A DNA stretch of 64,000 bases from Cenococcum geophilum (taxonomy: Eukaryota): NCBI GenBank assembly GCA_050273025.1, contig CP158636.1, positions 9,424,001 to 9,488,000 on the forward strand, written 5' to 3'. The notes below the pieces were generated by a model. The model saw only the letters and a list, made by a program, of their open reading frames with translations, was not told the origin of the DNA and did no database searches. Made by a program: the position numbers and the translations under genes. How positions within the stretch are numbered: position 1 is the stretch's first letter; every line of letters starts with the position of its first letter. Shown piece after piece: positions 24,001-38,370 of the stretch.

Positions 24001-26974
24001 CGACATTATATACCTTAGCGGCAAGCTAGTACTCCAAGTTATTAACCTCTTAACCTCCTTCTAAGCTGCACGCTTCCTAAAGGATATATTAGCTAGGAAC
24101 GTATAGGATACTCTCTAACTGTACTAGATTAATATCTACCTAGAACCCCCTAATTAAGTTATTTATAATATAGGAAGGAACTTCTTATCTATAGAGTTTT
24201 GGCAATAGGTAAAGGCAATGGAAATTAAGGTTAAGGAAGTCCCTATTAAGGCACACAATAGTATTAGAAAAGTAGAATGATATTATACGCTATTACGCCG
24301 AGTATATGAGATTATTTCTTTAGAATTAGAGGGCGCTAGCGAAGAGCTTATCTTACAGATAGCTGTTAAAGCTGTTAACGATTCTACTGGCCTAGATAGG
24401 CTTATACCTACGTTACTAGTCTTTAGCGCCTACCCTTAAATGACTAATAATTCTCTACCATCTCTATCCGTTACGTAGCGAGCTAAGGCTATCCGTAAGG
24501 CAATAAAGGAGGTGCGCCGCATTTACGCTACGCGCTAGGTTAACAACGCACTAAGAATAAGAAACGGCCTAAACACCTTAATAATGATAGATCTACCACT
24601 CTAATCTAAAGTATGGGTATGGCGTAAGAAAGGGGGCTAGTTAGGCCTATATATACTTATCGCCATTAAGGGTTAAACTTGTACTCTTTAGATACCCTAT
24701 AGACCCACTTAATTCCGCTTAACTATTATTAAGCCCTACTATAGGGATAATAGTTTTAAGCCTTTATAGGATGCTATAGAGGATACCCTAGAGGAGAACC
24801 ACGATTAACGTGCTCTAAAAGGCAACTATAATTCTAATATAATTGTAGCAGATGTGCCGTAACTACGACGCGGTAAAGGTCGCCCGAAGGGATTACAAAA
24901 TCGCTAATATCTTGTTAATTTTAAAGAGTAATTCGTTGCCGCCATCGAGAGTAGAGTTAAGTTGTTAATGGCCTTTATAACAGTTAAAGAGAAGGTGGAC
25001 TTTAAGCTCGTAAAACAACTCTAAAAGAAAGGCCGTATTATAACTTTAGGAGCCCCTTTCTAAGTATCTAATAAGTAGGAGATCAACGGTTTTATTACAA
25101 GAGGAGTCTTTAAATTTAAGAAGTATGACCCTACTAAGTTTAATAGAGTTCGCATCTTTAAGTTAAGAATAGTTAACGAGATTAAAGGCAAAGCTACTAA
25201 TACCCTATTTAAGAAGTTGAGACTAGTTATTTAAGGCTATAACGACAATAGTAAGGAAGTAATTCTTACGTAATCCCCTATAATTTAACGAGCTAGTTAG
25301 CGAGTTATTATTACGCTAGCTCCCTCCTTAATAAAGAATAGAATAGCGGTTTATTTATAAGATATTACTTAGGCCTATATTTAATTAGAGACGCGCCTTT
25401 AGCGCTTAATACTAGTATACCTTTTAGAGTAAATTCGCTACTAATATCCCAAAGATATAATTATGGTTGTACTTAAGCCATTATATGGAATTGTAGAGGC
25501 AGGAACTTACTAGTGGGCTACCTATAGCAAGTACCACAAAGAGAAGCTTTTAATAACTACTTTTATATTCGACCCCTACTTCCTTATTATAACTACGGGA
25601 ACTCTATTCGGAATCGTCGGTATATAAACTAATAATATAATTATCTTAGGAGACGGCCAATTCTTAGCCCTTAAAGAAGATAAGCTAGTAAAGGCAAATC
25701 TTATAGCAAAGCCAAAGGAAAGACTTGACTTAATAACACTACTACTCTTTAATAGATGTATCCTCTCCCTAAACGAGGATTCTATTGCTTTATACCAAAA
25801 GGGTTAAGGTAAGAAGATTAACGTTATTAACGTTAATTCTCCGAAATAAGGATATATAGAGTAACGCGCTTGTGGAGCTTATATTGCTTCTATCTATTAA
25901 CCTAAGGCTTCCTTTAATCTCTCTATTGCCGCCTAATACTAGGAACTAACTAAGGAGGACGTTCTTGCTCTAAATAAGCGCCTTTTCTGGTAAATAAACC
26001 ATCTCAATTGGGGACTACTCTATATGCCTATTAACCTTCCTACCGCTAAGCTCTTCGTATTTATTAATAAATCGTTTATAAATAATAAAGATTTTAGCTC
26101 CTAGCTAGAATATAAGATTATTATTATAAACAAATCTACTAGAGAGAATGACTTTATAATCTACGGTAATTTTATCTATTAGAGCTTAACTAAGAGTAAG
26201 CGCGTTACTTAAAGCGTTCTAGCGTTAGAGATATATAGAATGGTTAGCGGAGTTAATATAGCAATTGCAATTGGAACTACCCTAAAGATAATTACAGATT
26301 AACTTAAATTTCCCGTTATCCCTATAATCGTATATACCAACTTATATTCCCTTTATAAGTGCTTAGTTAAGCTTGGTACTACAAAGGAGAAGCGCCTTAT
26401 AATTAACATTATGGCACTTTAGCAATCCTACAAACGGCGAGAACTCTTTAAGATTTAATAGATTAATGGCTAAGACAACCCAGTAGATATAATGATAAAG
26501 GAAAACCTAAACAAGGCTCTAGAAACGTTTATTAATATAAACACTCTACGTATATAGGTTAAAGGTTAGGTTAAAAGGGAGTAAGAGCATAATATTCCGC
26601 AGACCCTAATTTTAACTAGCCAATTAGGATTTTCCATGCCCGGCATAGAAAATCGCTATTAGCTCGCTTACTACTAGCGCCTTAGCGGCCCCTTACCTTC
26701 GCGTTAACCCCCAACATTCTTCTTCTTCTTCTTCGCTTAGTATCTTTGTATAGTAGTAATCTATAAGTGTATATAGATAGCAACTATAAAAGAAGAGTTG
26801 CCAGTGTCGGGAATAAGGCAAGCGGTCGTCACGTGTTATCGCGGCACTAGCGTGGCGAGGAGCCTTAAGCTCTTCGCCCTTCCTCATTCTAATTAAAAAT
26901 CAAGCATCATTAAAACAATATCACTGTATCTACTTGAGTAGTACTGGTAAAGGAGTTACCCTGTGTTACTAACA
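21013..26974 (+). mobile_element. Full-length RIP-degenerate Ty1/copia element C (GalEa-like)
   Basis: 170-bp LTRs at 21013-21182 and 26805-26974 (TG…CA); perfect TSD GTCCT. Motifs: PR DTGAA ~23420, ELRQLHRRFGHP ~23795, integrase, RT (RDITQAY ~25360; KPLYG ~25475; GIVGMQTDD ~25615), RNase H. ACTGATTAGT follows the 5' LTR. Confidence 0.95.
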
Positions 26975-29900
26975 GTCCTAATATAGCTAAATTATAAATA
27001 GCTACCAATAGGGACTAAATTAGTATAATTAATATCTATAACCTAAAAGATATTAAACCCTAGATAACTACGTAGGGACTATTATAATACACTATTAATA
27101 TAATAAATGGCAAGGCAATAGTCCTAGGGGACTTTAATATATATTTTATAACATAAGGAGAATAGTAGGCCGTAGTAAAAGTGTAGGTAATATACCTATT
27201 TAACGAAATAGAAACGTAAGGCCTTGTTTTAACTACCTTAATTAGCAAATCTACTTAGAAAAGAGGGATATAAGAAAGTATAATCGATCTAATATTTATA
27301 TAAGAAGCGCTTACAGACTGGCTAGCGTTCTATAGACTAGAAAATATATAGGTAATAACGGCAAACTATATACCTATATAGATAACTCTTAATATTAACA
27401 CTCCAGCGTAATAAAATTGCTAGAGATACACTATATAAAAACTTAATTAGGAAAAATACTTCTAGGAAATTACTAATAGACTAGTAATAATACTAGATAT
27501 AATACTAAAGGATATTTAGAGGACTATAAGTAACTGCTTAAAAGAATACTACATAAAAGCCTAGCCTAGTAAATATACTTGGCGTAAATAGTCGCTAAAG
27601 GCGATATAGCTACTCGCAGGTATTAAAAGGGTAAGGTAATAGTATAGCATAATAGGGAAGGCCTATTATTATCAGAGCTATAAGGCCCTAAAAAATAAGT
27701 TTAAGAAGATAATATAAAAGAAGGACAGAAATAGCTAACACCAATTTTTAGAAGAAATTACTTTAAACCTTATTAAACTATATAACTAGGGCCTTTAGTA
27801 TATATTAAAGTGGAGTAGAGAAGCTGTAGGGGAAACGCTAGGAGACCTCTACTTATTTATAATCCACTAAATAGAATAAGACTAGTATATAAATAATAAT
27901 AGGGAGAAAATAAAACTATTAATAGAGAGATTTTTTTAGGTGCGTACTAAGCGGACCTATAGGATATTAGTAGTCAAGATTACCCCCCACCTCTAGAGAT
28001 AAGCTAAATAGTCTTAATAAAGGAAATAAAAGATACTATATAAAAACTCTTTACCAGTAAAGCGGCTAAACTAAATATAATCCTAAATAAGGCAATTAAA
28101 GCTGTATTAGAAGCTGTAATTATACTACTAGCTAATACTATAACTATCTGCCTTTATAAAGGTAAGCTACTAAAATACTATAAAGAAATAATAATAGTTA
28201 TTCTATAAAAGGTAAATAAAAAGGACTATTCCCTCCTAGGAAGCTATTAACTAGTCGCCTTTAAAAATACGCTAAAAGGGCTTTTAGAAAGAATAGTTAT
28301 AGAATATATATAAGAGGCCGTAGAGGTATAAGAGCTACTATTATAGACGCAAATAGGCGTAAAAGAGAAGCAATTAACCCTCTTAGCTTCTCCCTAATTA
28401 CTTTTAGTATTTAGGCGGCGTAGTAAGCCCACCTAGGCTGCGTAATATCTATATTAAGCCTAGATATAAGCGAAGCCTTTAAATATATATTATATAAGAG
28501 ACTTCTATAGATTTTAAGAAAGAAGGGCCTATTAAACTAGATAATTAAGTTTACCTAAGCCTTTCTAATAGGGCGTACTACTAAAATAGTATTTAAGGGC
28601 TTTAAAAGTAAAACAATACTAATACCTATAGGTATCCTATAAGGATTACCCCTATTACTAATCCTATCCCTATTCTTTATATTTAGGCTACTAAACATAT
28701 TTAATAGCGACTAAGAAATAGTAGCTTTAGGATTTATAAATAATATAAACCTAATTATATAGGGAGATATAGTAGCAGAAAACTGTACTAAGCTAAACTA
28801 AGTATATAACTGGTATATTATATAGGCAAAACGATATATTATTAAATTTGCACTAAATAAATACTAGCTTATCTACTTTATAAGAAGAAAGAGTGTAAAT
28901 AATAACCTAGTATTAATAATAAGTATTTAGGGCTGTAAAGAAAAACTAGAAACCACCCTTAAGGTCCTAGGGGTCTAAGTAGACGCTAAACTAAACTAAA
29001 ACGTGTATATTATATAGGCGACTTATAGGGAAGCAGCGGCCTTTATAACGGTATTATAAATTATAGCCTTAACCCAGCGACCCATTTTTAGATATATATA
29101 ACTATTATATATGCTAGTAGTAAGGCTAGTAATACTATATAGCGCCTAGATTTAAGGTATAAACTAAACAGTAAATAATTAGTAAAAAAGCTTTTTAGCG
29201 TCGCTAGAGAAGCAATAAAACTAATACATATATAGGATTATAGGGGCTTATAAAAGAACACTATATACTATACTAGATTGTAAAGTAGTAGTACTACTAC
29301 TAGATATATATATAGAAACAACTACTATATAGAGAGCAACTATAGTATAAGGCTATCTAGTAGAGAAGGAGATACGCTAAATAGTAGAATATATATAAGG
29401 AGCGAGGGCCCCCTAAAGAGGTACTATGCCTAAGCTAATAAGCTAAAAAGCTATTTACCTATAAGTAATAGAGAGAGAATAGAAAATATAGGAGCTATTA
29501 TAATACTAAGTATAGACCTAACGCTACGCTAATAGAGCACTAGTATAAGTAGAGATTAGCTATATATATTACAAAATAGGCAGATATTAAATAAAAGCAA
29601 CGTTAGAAAAAGATAGTAAAAGCGTAAAGAGCAACTATATAGAGCACCCTATAGTTAATACTAACTCTTCTCCTATATAAAGAATAGACGAAAATAGAAT
29701 CTATAACCGCCTTTCTACTACGGATAGAGGTTCTAAAACTAAACGTATAGCTAGTAAGCATCTATATCCTAAATACTACACTATACTATACATATAGATG
29801 GCCTATATAGTATATACGCTACGTAATACTATTCTACAACTACTATACGGTAAAAGACTAGCTATTTGCTAGGGTAGGTATAAATAATATTATCTAAATG

Positions 29901-30443
29901 CTTTTTATAAGTAGGGGCCTATATATAGTAGTATAATAGCTTATAGGTTAAAGAGTTTTCTAGTAGTTTTAAATAGCGTATAAGATCTAATAAGAGGATA
30001 TAGGAGGATATAGGAAGATATGCCCCCTTTTAGCCCCTTAGGGACTAGATACCCCTACTATACTAAAGGCGGTATATAGGCAAATTACTAAACCCTTTTT
30101 ACTACCTCCTAGACCTTCTAAGATACCTTAAAAGCGTAGCATAAAAGGTAAATAGGCTAGGTAAAGTCGGAGCGCATAAGACTAGCTAGAAGGTTATACC
30201 TAGGTTTTTCCCTTACTAGGGATTTTTCCTGTAAATAGAATGTAAAAGCCTATGTGGACCTAAAAAGAGACTAAATTAGGCAATAAATAGAACAAATAAT
30301 AATATTACACAAATTTATATAAATTAAAATATATATATATATAATATATATATAGAATAATATAATACTATCTTTAATAATTATTAAAAAATATTTACTT
30401 ATATATATATATATACATAAAATATAAGTATATAATAAAGTTA

Positions 30444-33400
30444 GGCTTCGCCGCTACAGTAGCAGCACACGCCTACTAATTACCTAATAAAGAAATAACC
30501 ACTTCCAATCAAATCTATAGCATATTATGCCCTAGAACTAATACACGCATCTTAGCCGAAAAGCCTGCGCGACATAGGAGGGTCGCAGTAGACTTAACGG
30601 GGGGCCGACATATAGAAAAACGCGACACCATAATAAACCTAATAGGGGGCGACCTAACTACAACAACCAAAGGACAACAACTAGAAATGGTAGAAACTTA
30701 TAGATATCCTAAAAGACATTAAGGAAGATCTAGGGAAGGGAGAGGATAAATACCTACGCGCAGGGGTAGTATATATGGCTTAATAGGCAGGATAAATTGC
30801 TTAGGAACTCTAGATAAGATATAATAGGAACCAAAACGCCGTAGAGGACAGGCTTAGGCGCATTAAGGAGGCTATAAAATTATAAAAAACTCCAATAACG
30901 TATATAACAAAACCCTTATAGGCTAACGTTACCGCTAGCGCCCTATTAGCGCCTCTCTAGCGCCTACCCAGTGTAGCACCCATAAGGTCTATAGTTAGGA
31001 TCCAAATACTAAAAGTAGTAGGAGTAGAGCCAGAATAGCTCCTTATATTAATTAAAGTATATATACCAAAAGCGGTAGTAGTAAAGGTCCTATATAGCGG
31101 TGACGTAGAGGTTACTCTCCCTAGCTAATAGGTAAAGGACTAGGCCATTACTAGGGAGATACCCCTAAGTATAAGATCCTTCGCTAGGACTACCCAGTTA
31201 AAGTAATTAGAGTACCCCTTACTACGTAAGTAGAAAGCGGGCAAGGCGCTATAAACTTATAACTTATCTAAAGGATTACAGAGGCCACTAAAAAACTAGT
31301 TTTAGGAATTATAATATCTAAAGTCGCATAGCTCTATAGAGTACGCTTATTATATATAGGGGTATTGCTAGGGTACCAGAGGGTTAAGACGTACAGTACC
31401 TTAATAATCTACCTACTAATCTAAGAGATGCAGGCGGCAGTAGCCTATAAAGAAGTTATTATAGATAGCCTCTAGTATAAAGCCTAGCTATATTACTATA
31501 TAACCTAAATCCGCCAGTGCTTTAGATGCTAGTAATAGGGCTATACTTAAAGTGTATACGGGAGACAGGAAAGATGCGGGCGGTGCGCCAATATATATAA
31601 GACGAAGGACTGCCCTAGGGAAAAGGGAAAGAGATGCATAAACTACAGTAAAGATTATAAAGTATGGCAAAAGACGGTATATAAGACCTTCTAGGTATAC
31701 CTAGAATCTACTAGGATAAGGCAAGCCTAACTATACTAGGTTATAGCCATAATACGAGGAAATGTATATAAGGAGAAGGAGCTAAGCGCAACGGGCAATA
31801 GTAGCTAGATAGTCGCATAAAGAAAGAGATCTAAAGTACCTACCCTAATAGGGGCACCCTCTGCCTAACTAGCGGTAAAGCGGAGCATAGGACGCCTATA
31901 AGGCAGTATAAACGCCGCCAGAGACCTATCCTAGCAAAGAATCCTAATTATAACTACTCTAAACGGGTCGTTATAGAGGCGAAACAAAGACACCTAGGAG
32001 TTACTAGATTAACCGATGCTATTAAAAAACTAAAAAATAGTATAATATAACTGCGGATACTTAAACTACCAAATAATACGCCCCCTATTCGACAGTCTAG
32101 ACCTAAAAGAATACTAGATAATAGCCCTATAGGAACTAGTATATAATAAATAAATACGCAAAATATACTAACTAAAAGGATACTACCTCCTATACGAACC
32201 AAATCCAGCTACCTATATATACTTCTTAGTTAGTTAATACATTAACACATAGGTATAGAGCTACTATAATATCAGCCCTAATGTAGATAAACTGTAAATA
32301 GCTACCAATAGGGGCCAAATTAGTATAATTAACGTTTATAACCTAGGGGGCAACAACCCCTAAATTGCTATATGGGGTCTACTTTAACAGGCCATTGACA
32401 TAGCGGAAGGCGAGATAATAGTCCTAGGGGACTTTAACGCACACTATATATCGTGGGGAGAACCTTAGGCTATAGTTAAAGTATAAGCGACCTACCTACT
32501 AAATAAGCTAGAAACGTGGGGCTTTTCCCTTATTACCCTAACCGGCGAACCTACCTGGAAAAAAGGAACCCTAGAGAGCATAATTAACCTTATATTTATT
32601 TAAGAAACACTTATAGACCGACTAGAATTCTGCGGACTAGAGGATATATAGGCAATTACCGCAAACTACATACCTATATAGATAGCGCTTAACGTCGCCG
32701 TACCTGCGTAATAAACCCGCCAGAGATATGCTACTAAGAAACTTAACTAGGAAAAGTATACCTAGGAAGTCGCTAATAGACTAGCAGTAACCCCCTAGGC
32801 ATCGCTAGAGGATATTTAAAGAATTATAAGTAACTACTTAGAAGAATATTACCTAAAGGCCCAGCCTAGCAAACACGCCCGCCGTAAATGGTCGCTAGAG
32901 GCGGCCCAGCTACTTATAGGCGTAAGGAGGGTAAGGCAACAGTATAGCGTAATAGGAGAAACCCACCACTAATAGAGCTATAAGGCCCTAAAGAATAGGC
33001 TTAAGAAGTTACTACGGAAAGAGGGTAGAAATTAGTGGCGCCGATTCCTAGAAAAAATTACCTTAGACCCTACTAAACCATATAATAAGGGACTTTAGCG
33101 TATATTAAAGTAGAGTAGACGCGTCGCCGAAGAGATACTAGGGGACCTATACCTTCCTACACTCCGCCGGATAGAACTAGACTAATATATAAACAATAAT
33201 AAGGAAAAGATTAAAATACTTATAAAGAGGTTCTTCCTAGGCGCAGGCTAAGCAGACCTATAGGACATTAGTAGCTAATCCTACCCCTTACCTATTAAAA
33301 TAAGCCATATAATATCAGTAAAAGAAATAACGGACGCTATTTAGAAACTCCCTATAGGTAAAGCGCTAGGGCCTAATAAGATTCTAAACGAGGTAATTAA

Positions 33401-35670
33401 AGCCGCGGTAGAAGTGGTAGCAATACTACTTACTAAGGCTGCAACTGCATGCCTCTAGAGAGGCGAACTACCTAAGAGCTTTAAAGCAATAACTATAGTC
33501 GTCCTATAAAAACTAAAGAAAAAAGACTACTCGCTCCTAGGAAGCTACCAACCAATTGCCTTAGAAAATACCCTAGGAAAGCTCTTAGAAAAGATAGTTA
33601 TAGAACGTATATAAGAAGCGGCGGAAGTATAGGAGCTGCTACTATGGACATAAATAGGCGCAAGAAAGAAACGATTAACCCTTTTAGCCCTTTCCCTAAT
33701 TACCTCTAGCGTTTAAGCGGCATGGTAGGCTTACCTAGGATATACTATATCTATACTAAGCCTAGACCTAAGCAGAGCCTTTAATAACGTATTATATAAG
33801 AGGCTTTTATAGATCTTAAGAAACAAGGGCCTACTAAATTAGATAATTAAGTTCGTCTAAGCCTTCCTTATAGGGCGTACTACTAAAATTATAATTAAGG
33901 GCTACGAAAGCGAATTAATACTAACACCTATAGGTATCCTATAGGGATTACCTCTATTACTAATCCTATTCCTCTTCTTTATATCCAAACTACTAGAGAT
34001 ATATAACGACAGCTAAGATATAATAGCCCTAGGATTTGTTAATAATATAAACCTAATTATATAGGGAAACATAGTAGCAGAAAATTGCACTAGGCTAAAC
34101 TAGGCGTATAATAGGTGTATTATATAGGCAAAACGATATAGCGCTAAGTTCGTACTAAATAAATACTAGCTTATCTACTTTATAAGGAAAAGAAGGGCAA
34201 ATAGCGACCTAGCCTTAATAGTAAACATCCAAAAATGCAAAGTAAAATTAAAAGCTACCCTTAAGGTCCTAGGGGTCTAGGTAAACTTTAAACTAAACTA
34301 GAGCAAGTACATTATATAGGCGACTTATAGGGGAGCAGTAGCACTGTTAGCAGTATTATAAATCGCCGCCTTAATATAGGGTCCCTCCTTTAGATACACA
34401 CGCCTACTATATATAGTAGTAGTAAGGCCAACAATGCTATACGGCTCCCAGATTTGGAGCCTAGGACTAGACGGTAAGGTACTAGTAAAGAGCTCCCTAG
34501 CGCCCTTAGCTAAGCTATAAAACTAATACCTACGTAAAATTATAGGGGTATATAGAAGAACACCACGCGCAGCTTTAGAACGTAAGGTAGCAATTCTACC
34601 ACTAGACCTATATATTAATATAACCGCTATATAAAGAGCAGTTATAGTATATAGCTACCTAGTTAAAGAAAAGATACGCTAAATACTAAATTGTATATAA
34701 GGAACGAGATATATATAAGGGGTAAGGGCGAGGGCCCCTTAAAGGGGCAATACGGCTAAATACACTAGCTAGGAAGCCCTCTATTTATAAATAGAAGAGA
34801 AAGAAAATAAAATACAGGAACTAATAGCCTACTAGGTAGAAACCCAACGCCACACTAGTAGAACGCCACAACGGCAATAGAGGTTAGGAGGCCACTAATA
34901 TAAATAGAGACCCACTATACTAATTATAAGATGGGCAGATCTCAAATGGAAGCAATAATAGAAGAAGGCAGCGAAAACATAAGAGGTAACTACATGGAAC
35001 ACCCTATAGTTAATACTAACTCTCCCCCTATACAAAGGACTAATAAAGGTAGAATCTATAGCCGCCTTTCTACTACGGATAGAGGTCCTAAGGCTAAATA
35101 TATAGCTATTAAGCGTCCACGTTCTAAATACTACCCCCTAATATGCATGCGGATGGCTAACTTAGATAGTACACCATATTCTGCTATTCTGCAGCTACCG
35201 CTTAGCAAGGGACTAGCTACTTACTAACGTAGGCACAAACGACATTACCTAAATGCTCTCTATAAGTAGGGGCCTATAAGCAGCGGCAAAATAGCTAGTA
35301 GGCTAGGGAATCCTCCTATAGTTCTAAATAGTATATAAGATCTAATAGGAGAACACTAAGGAACACGCCCTATTCTAGCCCCTTAGTAACTGGACATTCC
35401 CTACCTAGCCGCAGGTAGCACACTGGCGACTCGCTAAATCCTCCCACTACCCCCCCTAGATCTTCCAATATACCCAGAAAGTATAGTATATAAGGCAGAC
35501 AATAGAAATAAGGATATACTAGCTAGGCGAAGGCGGAGCGCGTAAGACTAGCTAAAAGGAATCACTTAGGTTTTTTCCCTTATAGAACTTTTTCCTATAT
35601 AGAAAGGTAGTAGCCTATATGGACCTAAAAAGGGACTAAATCGGGCAATAAATAGAATTAAATAAATTAA
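30444..35670 (+). mobile_element. Full-length Tad1-like LINE copy 2 (RIP-degenerate)
   Basis: 15-bp TSD TATATAATAAAGTTA (30429-30443, 35671-35685). ORF1 CCHC knuckles ~31515-31670. ORF2 APE (NVYNP, VLGDFNAH), RT (GIPQGSPLSPILFLFF ~33935, GFVDD ~34030) and a C-terminal Cys/His motif. A-rich 3' end. Confidence 0.93.
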
Positions 35671-35926
35671 TATATAATAAAGTTATTTATAATATTATTA
35701 GTAAATATAATTTATAATAAAATCCCACTTTTTTAAGTTTAATTTTAATATAAATATAGTATTATATTTTTAATTATATAATTATATAATGACAGTTTTA
35801 GTATTTAATAAGCTATATTTAAATTTTTGTAAAATTCTATATAGGAGTTATTAAGTTGTAGGTGGTATAAGAAAGTGTATTTTAGTAAGGAAAACTATAC
35901 AAGAGGTAGTGCTGTATAAGAGGTAG

Positions 35927-37733
35927 CCCGAACTTATATCCTATGCGCTAAGGCGTACGCCAAAAGAGGCCCGTGCGCGAACATTAAAACATTAACGCGT
36001 GTCTCTGCCGTAGTATCAATATAGCTTTGTATATTAATTAACCCACTATAATAAGTCGTAAACGTACTTCCAATAATGCAGACTTTGTTAAGCCTGATTA
36101 ATATATTATTCTAAAGTATAACAACGCTAAAATCCCCCTACCCGAGCCCAAGCTACTGCCCAATTTTAACCCCTTTCCTATTAACCCCTTATATACTAAT
36201 AGCGTACCAAATCTACTACTATACGTTAATCCTACCGATTCTCTTGAATTATTTAGGCTTATATAGATAGACAACTTACTTAAAGAGCTTGCTGTATATA
36301 AAAACAAGTATATAAGGCCTTACCTCTACTAAGAATATAAGAAGCTAAACGAATAGAGCCAGCTCTATACCTAAAAAAGGACTCTCCTAAGCATATTAAT
36401 CGGTCGCTTATAGATCTTAAGTTAGTATATTTAGGGTAGATTAAATAGGGGAAGTTATATAGGAGGCTTTTAAAAAATGGTTCTATTATAGAGTTTGCCT
36501 AAAAGGACGCTAATATAGTGCTTTTTATAAGTATAGTTAATTTAGGTATATTTATCACCTAAAAATAAGGCTCTATAGATAGTGACGTTATATATTACTA
36601 GGTAGAGTTAAGGTCCAATAAACATAATAGCGTCTTATTGCCATAGTGTCTAGAGCCTAATAAACGCGTCAAGTCTTTAGAAATAACGCTCTAAAGGAGC
36701 TCTCGATATTACAGTTTATTAATATATATAACTATTTTATAGGCGGTGTTACGGGACTACCGTTCTATGCGCTACGCCGTACGCGTAGCTAGCGTTATAG
36801 GATTCTTTCCTTTATTTTCTTTGTTTGTTTAGCATTCGGCAAATAGTTTATCTACCCCAAATGCCCCTATATATATTTAGCCGCAGCTATATTCCTGTTA
36901 AGGTCTCCAGCAATCCTCTTAAGTCTCTACGACAGCCGTATATAGCTATTAATTCTTTAAATCTAATGCCTGTTCATCTAGCGTTTGTATATAATACTTC
37001 GCCATTATAACAGGCAGCGTTAATTAAGCTAATTAACTAAGGTCTTATTATAATACGCAGAGAACACACTTAAAGTCATGGAAGCCTCTCTACTACCTCC
37101 CTGTTAATATAACTATTACTAATTACTACAAACTCTCTACAAAATTAGTTACCGGCTATTGGCCTACCCGTAGCGCTTATAAAGCCTTCCGCGAAGACCT
37201 TGTTAGCGCCTTATTAAAATATAGCGAACGTCTTACTAAACCGCCTGGCCTATCTACTATAATAAAGGATAAGGACACCTATAAGGTACCTACGGAGGAA
37301 CACAGGCAAGAACCCGTTCGGCTGTTTCCTAAAAAGCCAAGCTATGCAGCTTGTATAACTGCGGGTAGAAGAGGTATAAATAAGCAATTAAAAAGGAGGC
37401 CCCTTTTAGAGCTTTTAGTAAATACAATATAGAAACCTTACGGTAGTAAAGGGTGGGTAAAACGACGTCGTCCTCCAAGGACCCAATTCGGCCATGCTCT
37501 ATGTAATATACCCCTCTATAAAGAAGGACCTTACTAGCAAAAATACCTTAGCCTAATTAGGACACGATAGAGCTAATTATATATCAAGTTTAAGCTTTAT
37601 TATAATGATTTGGGGCCTTAATACATTGATTAAATTCACGGCTTTATTTTGTCAAGACTCGATTCGGTCTAGAGACTCTAGTTGGTTCGCTTGTGCGTAC
37701 GCCTTTCTCGACAGCGTATGGGATACGTTAGGG
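35927..37733 (+). mobile_element. piggyBac-like DNA transposon relic, internally deleted and RIP-degenerate
   Basis: Reverted motifs: LFRLIWTDNLL, WKDANIVLFMSTV ~36500, YNYFMGG|VDQADQLRSYY split by a solo LTR, and a C-terminal Cys-rich domain (CALCNIPLCKEGPCW ~37490-37540). Imperfect CCC…GGG terminal repeats. No clean TTAA TSD seen. Confidence 0.8.
36747..37012. repeat. Solo LTR (266 bp)
   Basis: TGTTACG…TATAACA termini; TSD GGCGG/GGCAG. Confidence 0.85.
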
Positions 37734-37849
37734 AGGGCGTAACTCCTTATAAGACTCTTGTTCTACCTTAGAGGAGCTTTAGCAACCCTTACCAAGCAAT
37801 CCTGCACCCCTATATACAGTATATATAGCGGTATCGTTGACTAAGCTTG

Positions 37850-38038
37850 AGGGAGGGTGTTAGAAAATAAACCCGCAACGATATCAGGTGATGAGACTTG
37901 TGGGAAAAACCTCTTGGCAGGAATCTGGCCAATCAGACAACTTCGACCGTGCGGTCGAAGTTCCTTGAAATCCCTTCAACCACCTATATAGAAAATAAGC
38001 AATACGCAGAGTTTTAGCTCCATAACCTCAATTCAACA
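37850..38038 (+). repeat. PPT plus 3' LTR remnant of a copia-like element
   Basis: TTGAGGGAGGG purine tract immediately before TGTTAG (37858); ends TCAACA (38038); internal TATATA and an 11-bp hairpin. Confidence 0.6.
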
Positions 38039-38370
38039 GTAAGGGGGGGTGGAAGCCGGTCGTGCACCAGGCCGTACGAGCTTTTTCTGCCTACGAGCTT
38101 TCTCTGCGTATGGGCTCGAAACACGCTGGATGGGACGATATGGGAAAATGCGTCAACGTCCAATGGAAATGTAATTAATTATTCTTCACTAGATAGCTCC
38201 TGCGACTTAGAATGTGATGGGGCAAATATTGGTAGGCCTCCCTGAGTGCGGAGGTAAAAACGTACTTATAAAATTTTCCTAAGCAACATATATAATCCAG
38301 TCGAACCCTATTAACCAAGGGCTTTCCAACCTACAGACGAACAAACAAGCAAAATGTCTAGGCTACCATT

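Larger units (their letters stand above)
19200..30305 (+). mobile_element. Tad1-like LINE copy 1 (heavily RIP-mutated), interrupted by an LTR fragment and copia C
   Basis: Colinear with 30444-35670 along its length. APE (NIYN, VLGDFN ~27120) and RT (GIPQGSPLSP ~28630; GFxDD ~28730) motifs. Candidate TSD TATATAAATTTATA (19186-19199) / TACACAAATTTATA (30306-30319). Confidence 0.88.

Noticed and set aside
35927..37745. TTAA target-site duplication for the piggyBac relic
   Set aside because: Not present at either putative end, so the boundaries remain approximate.
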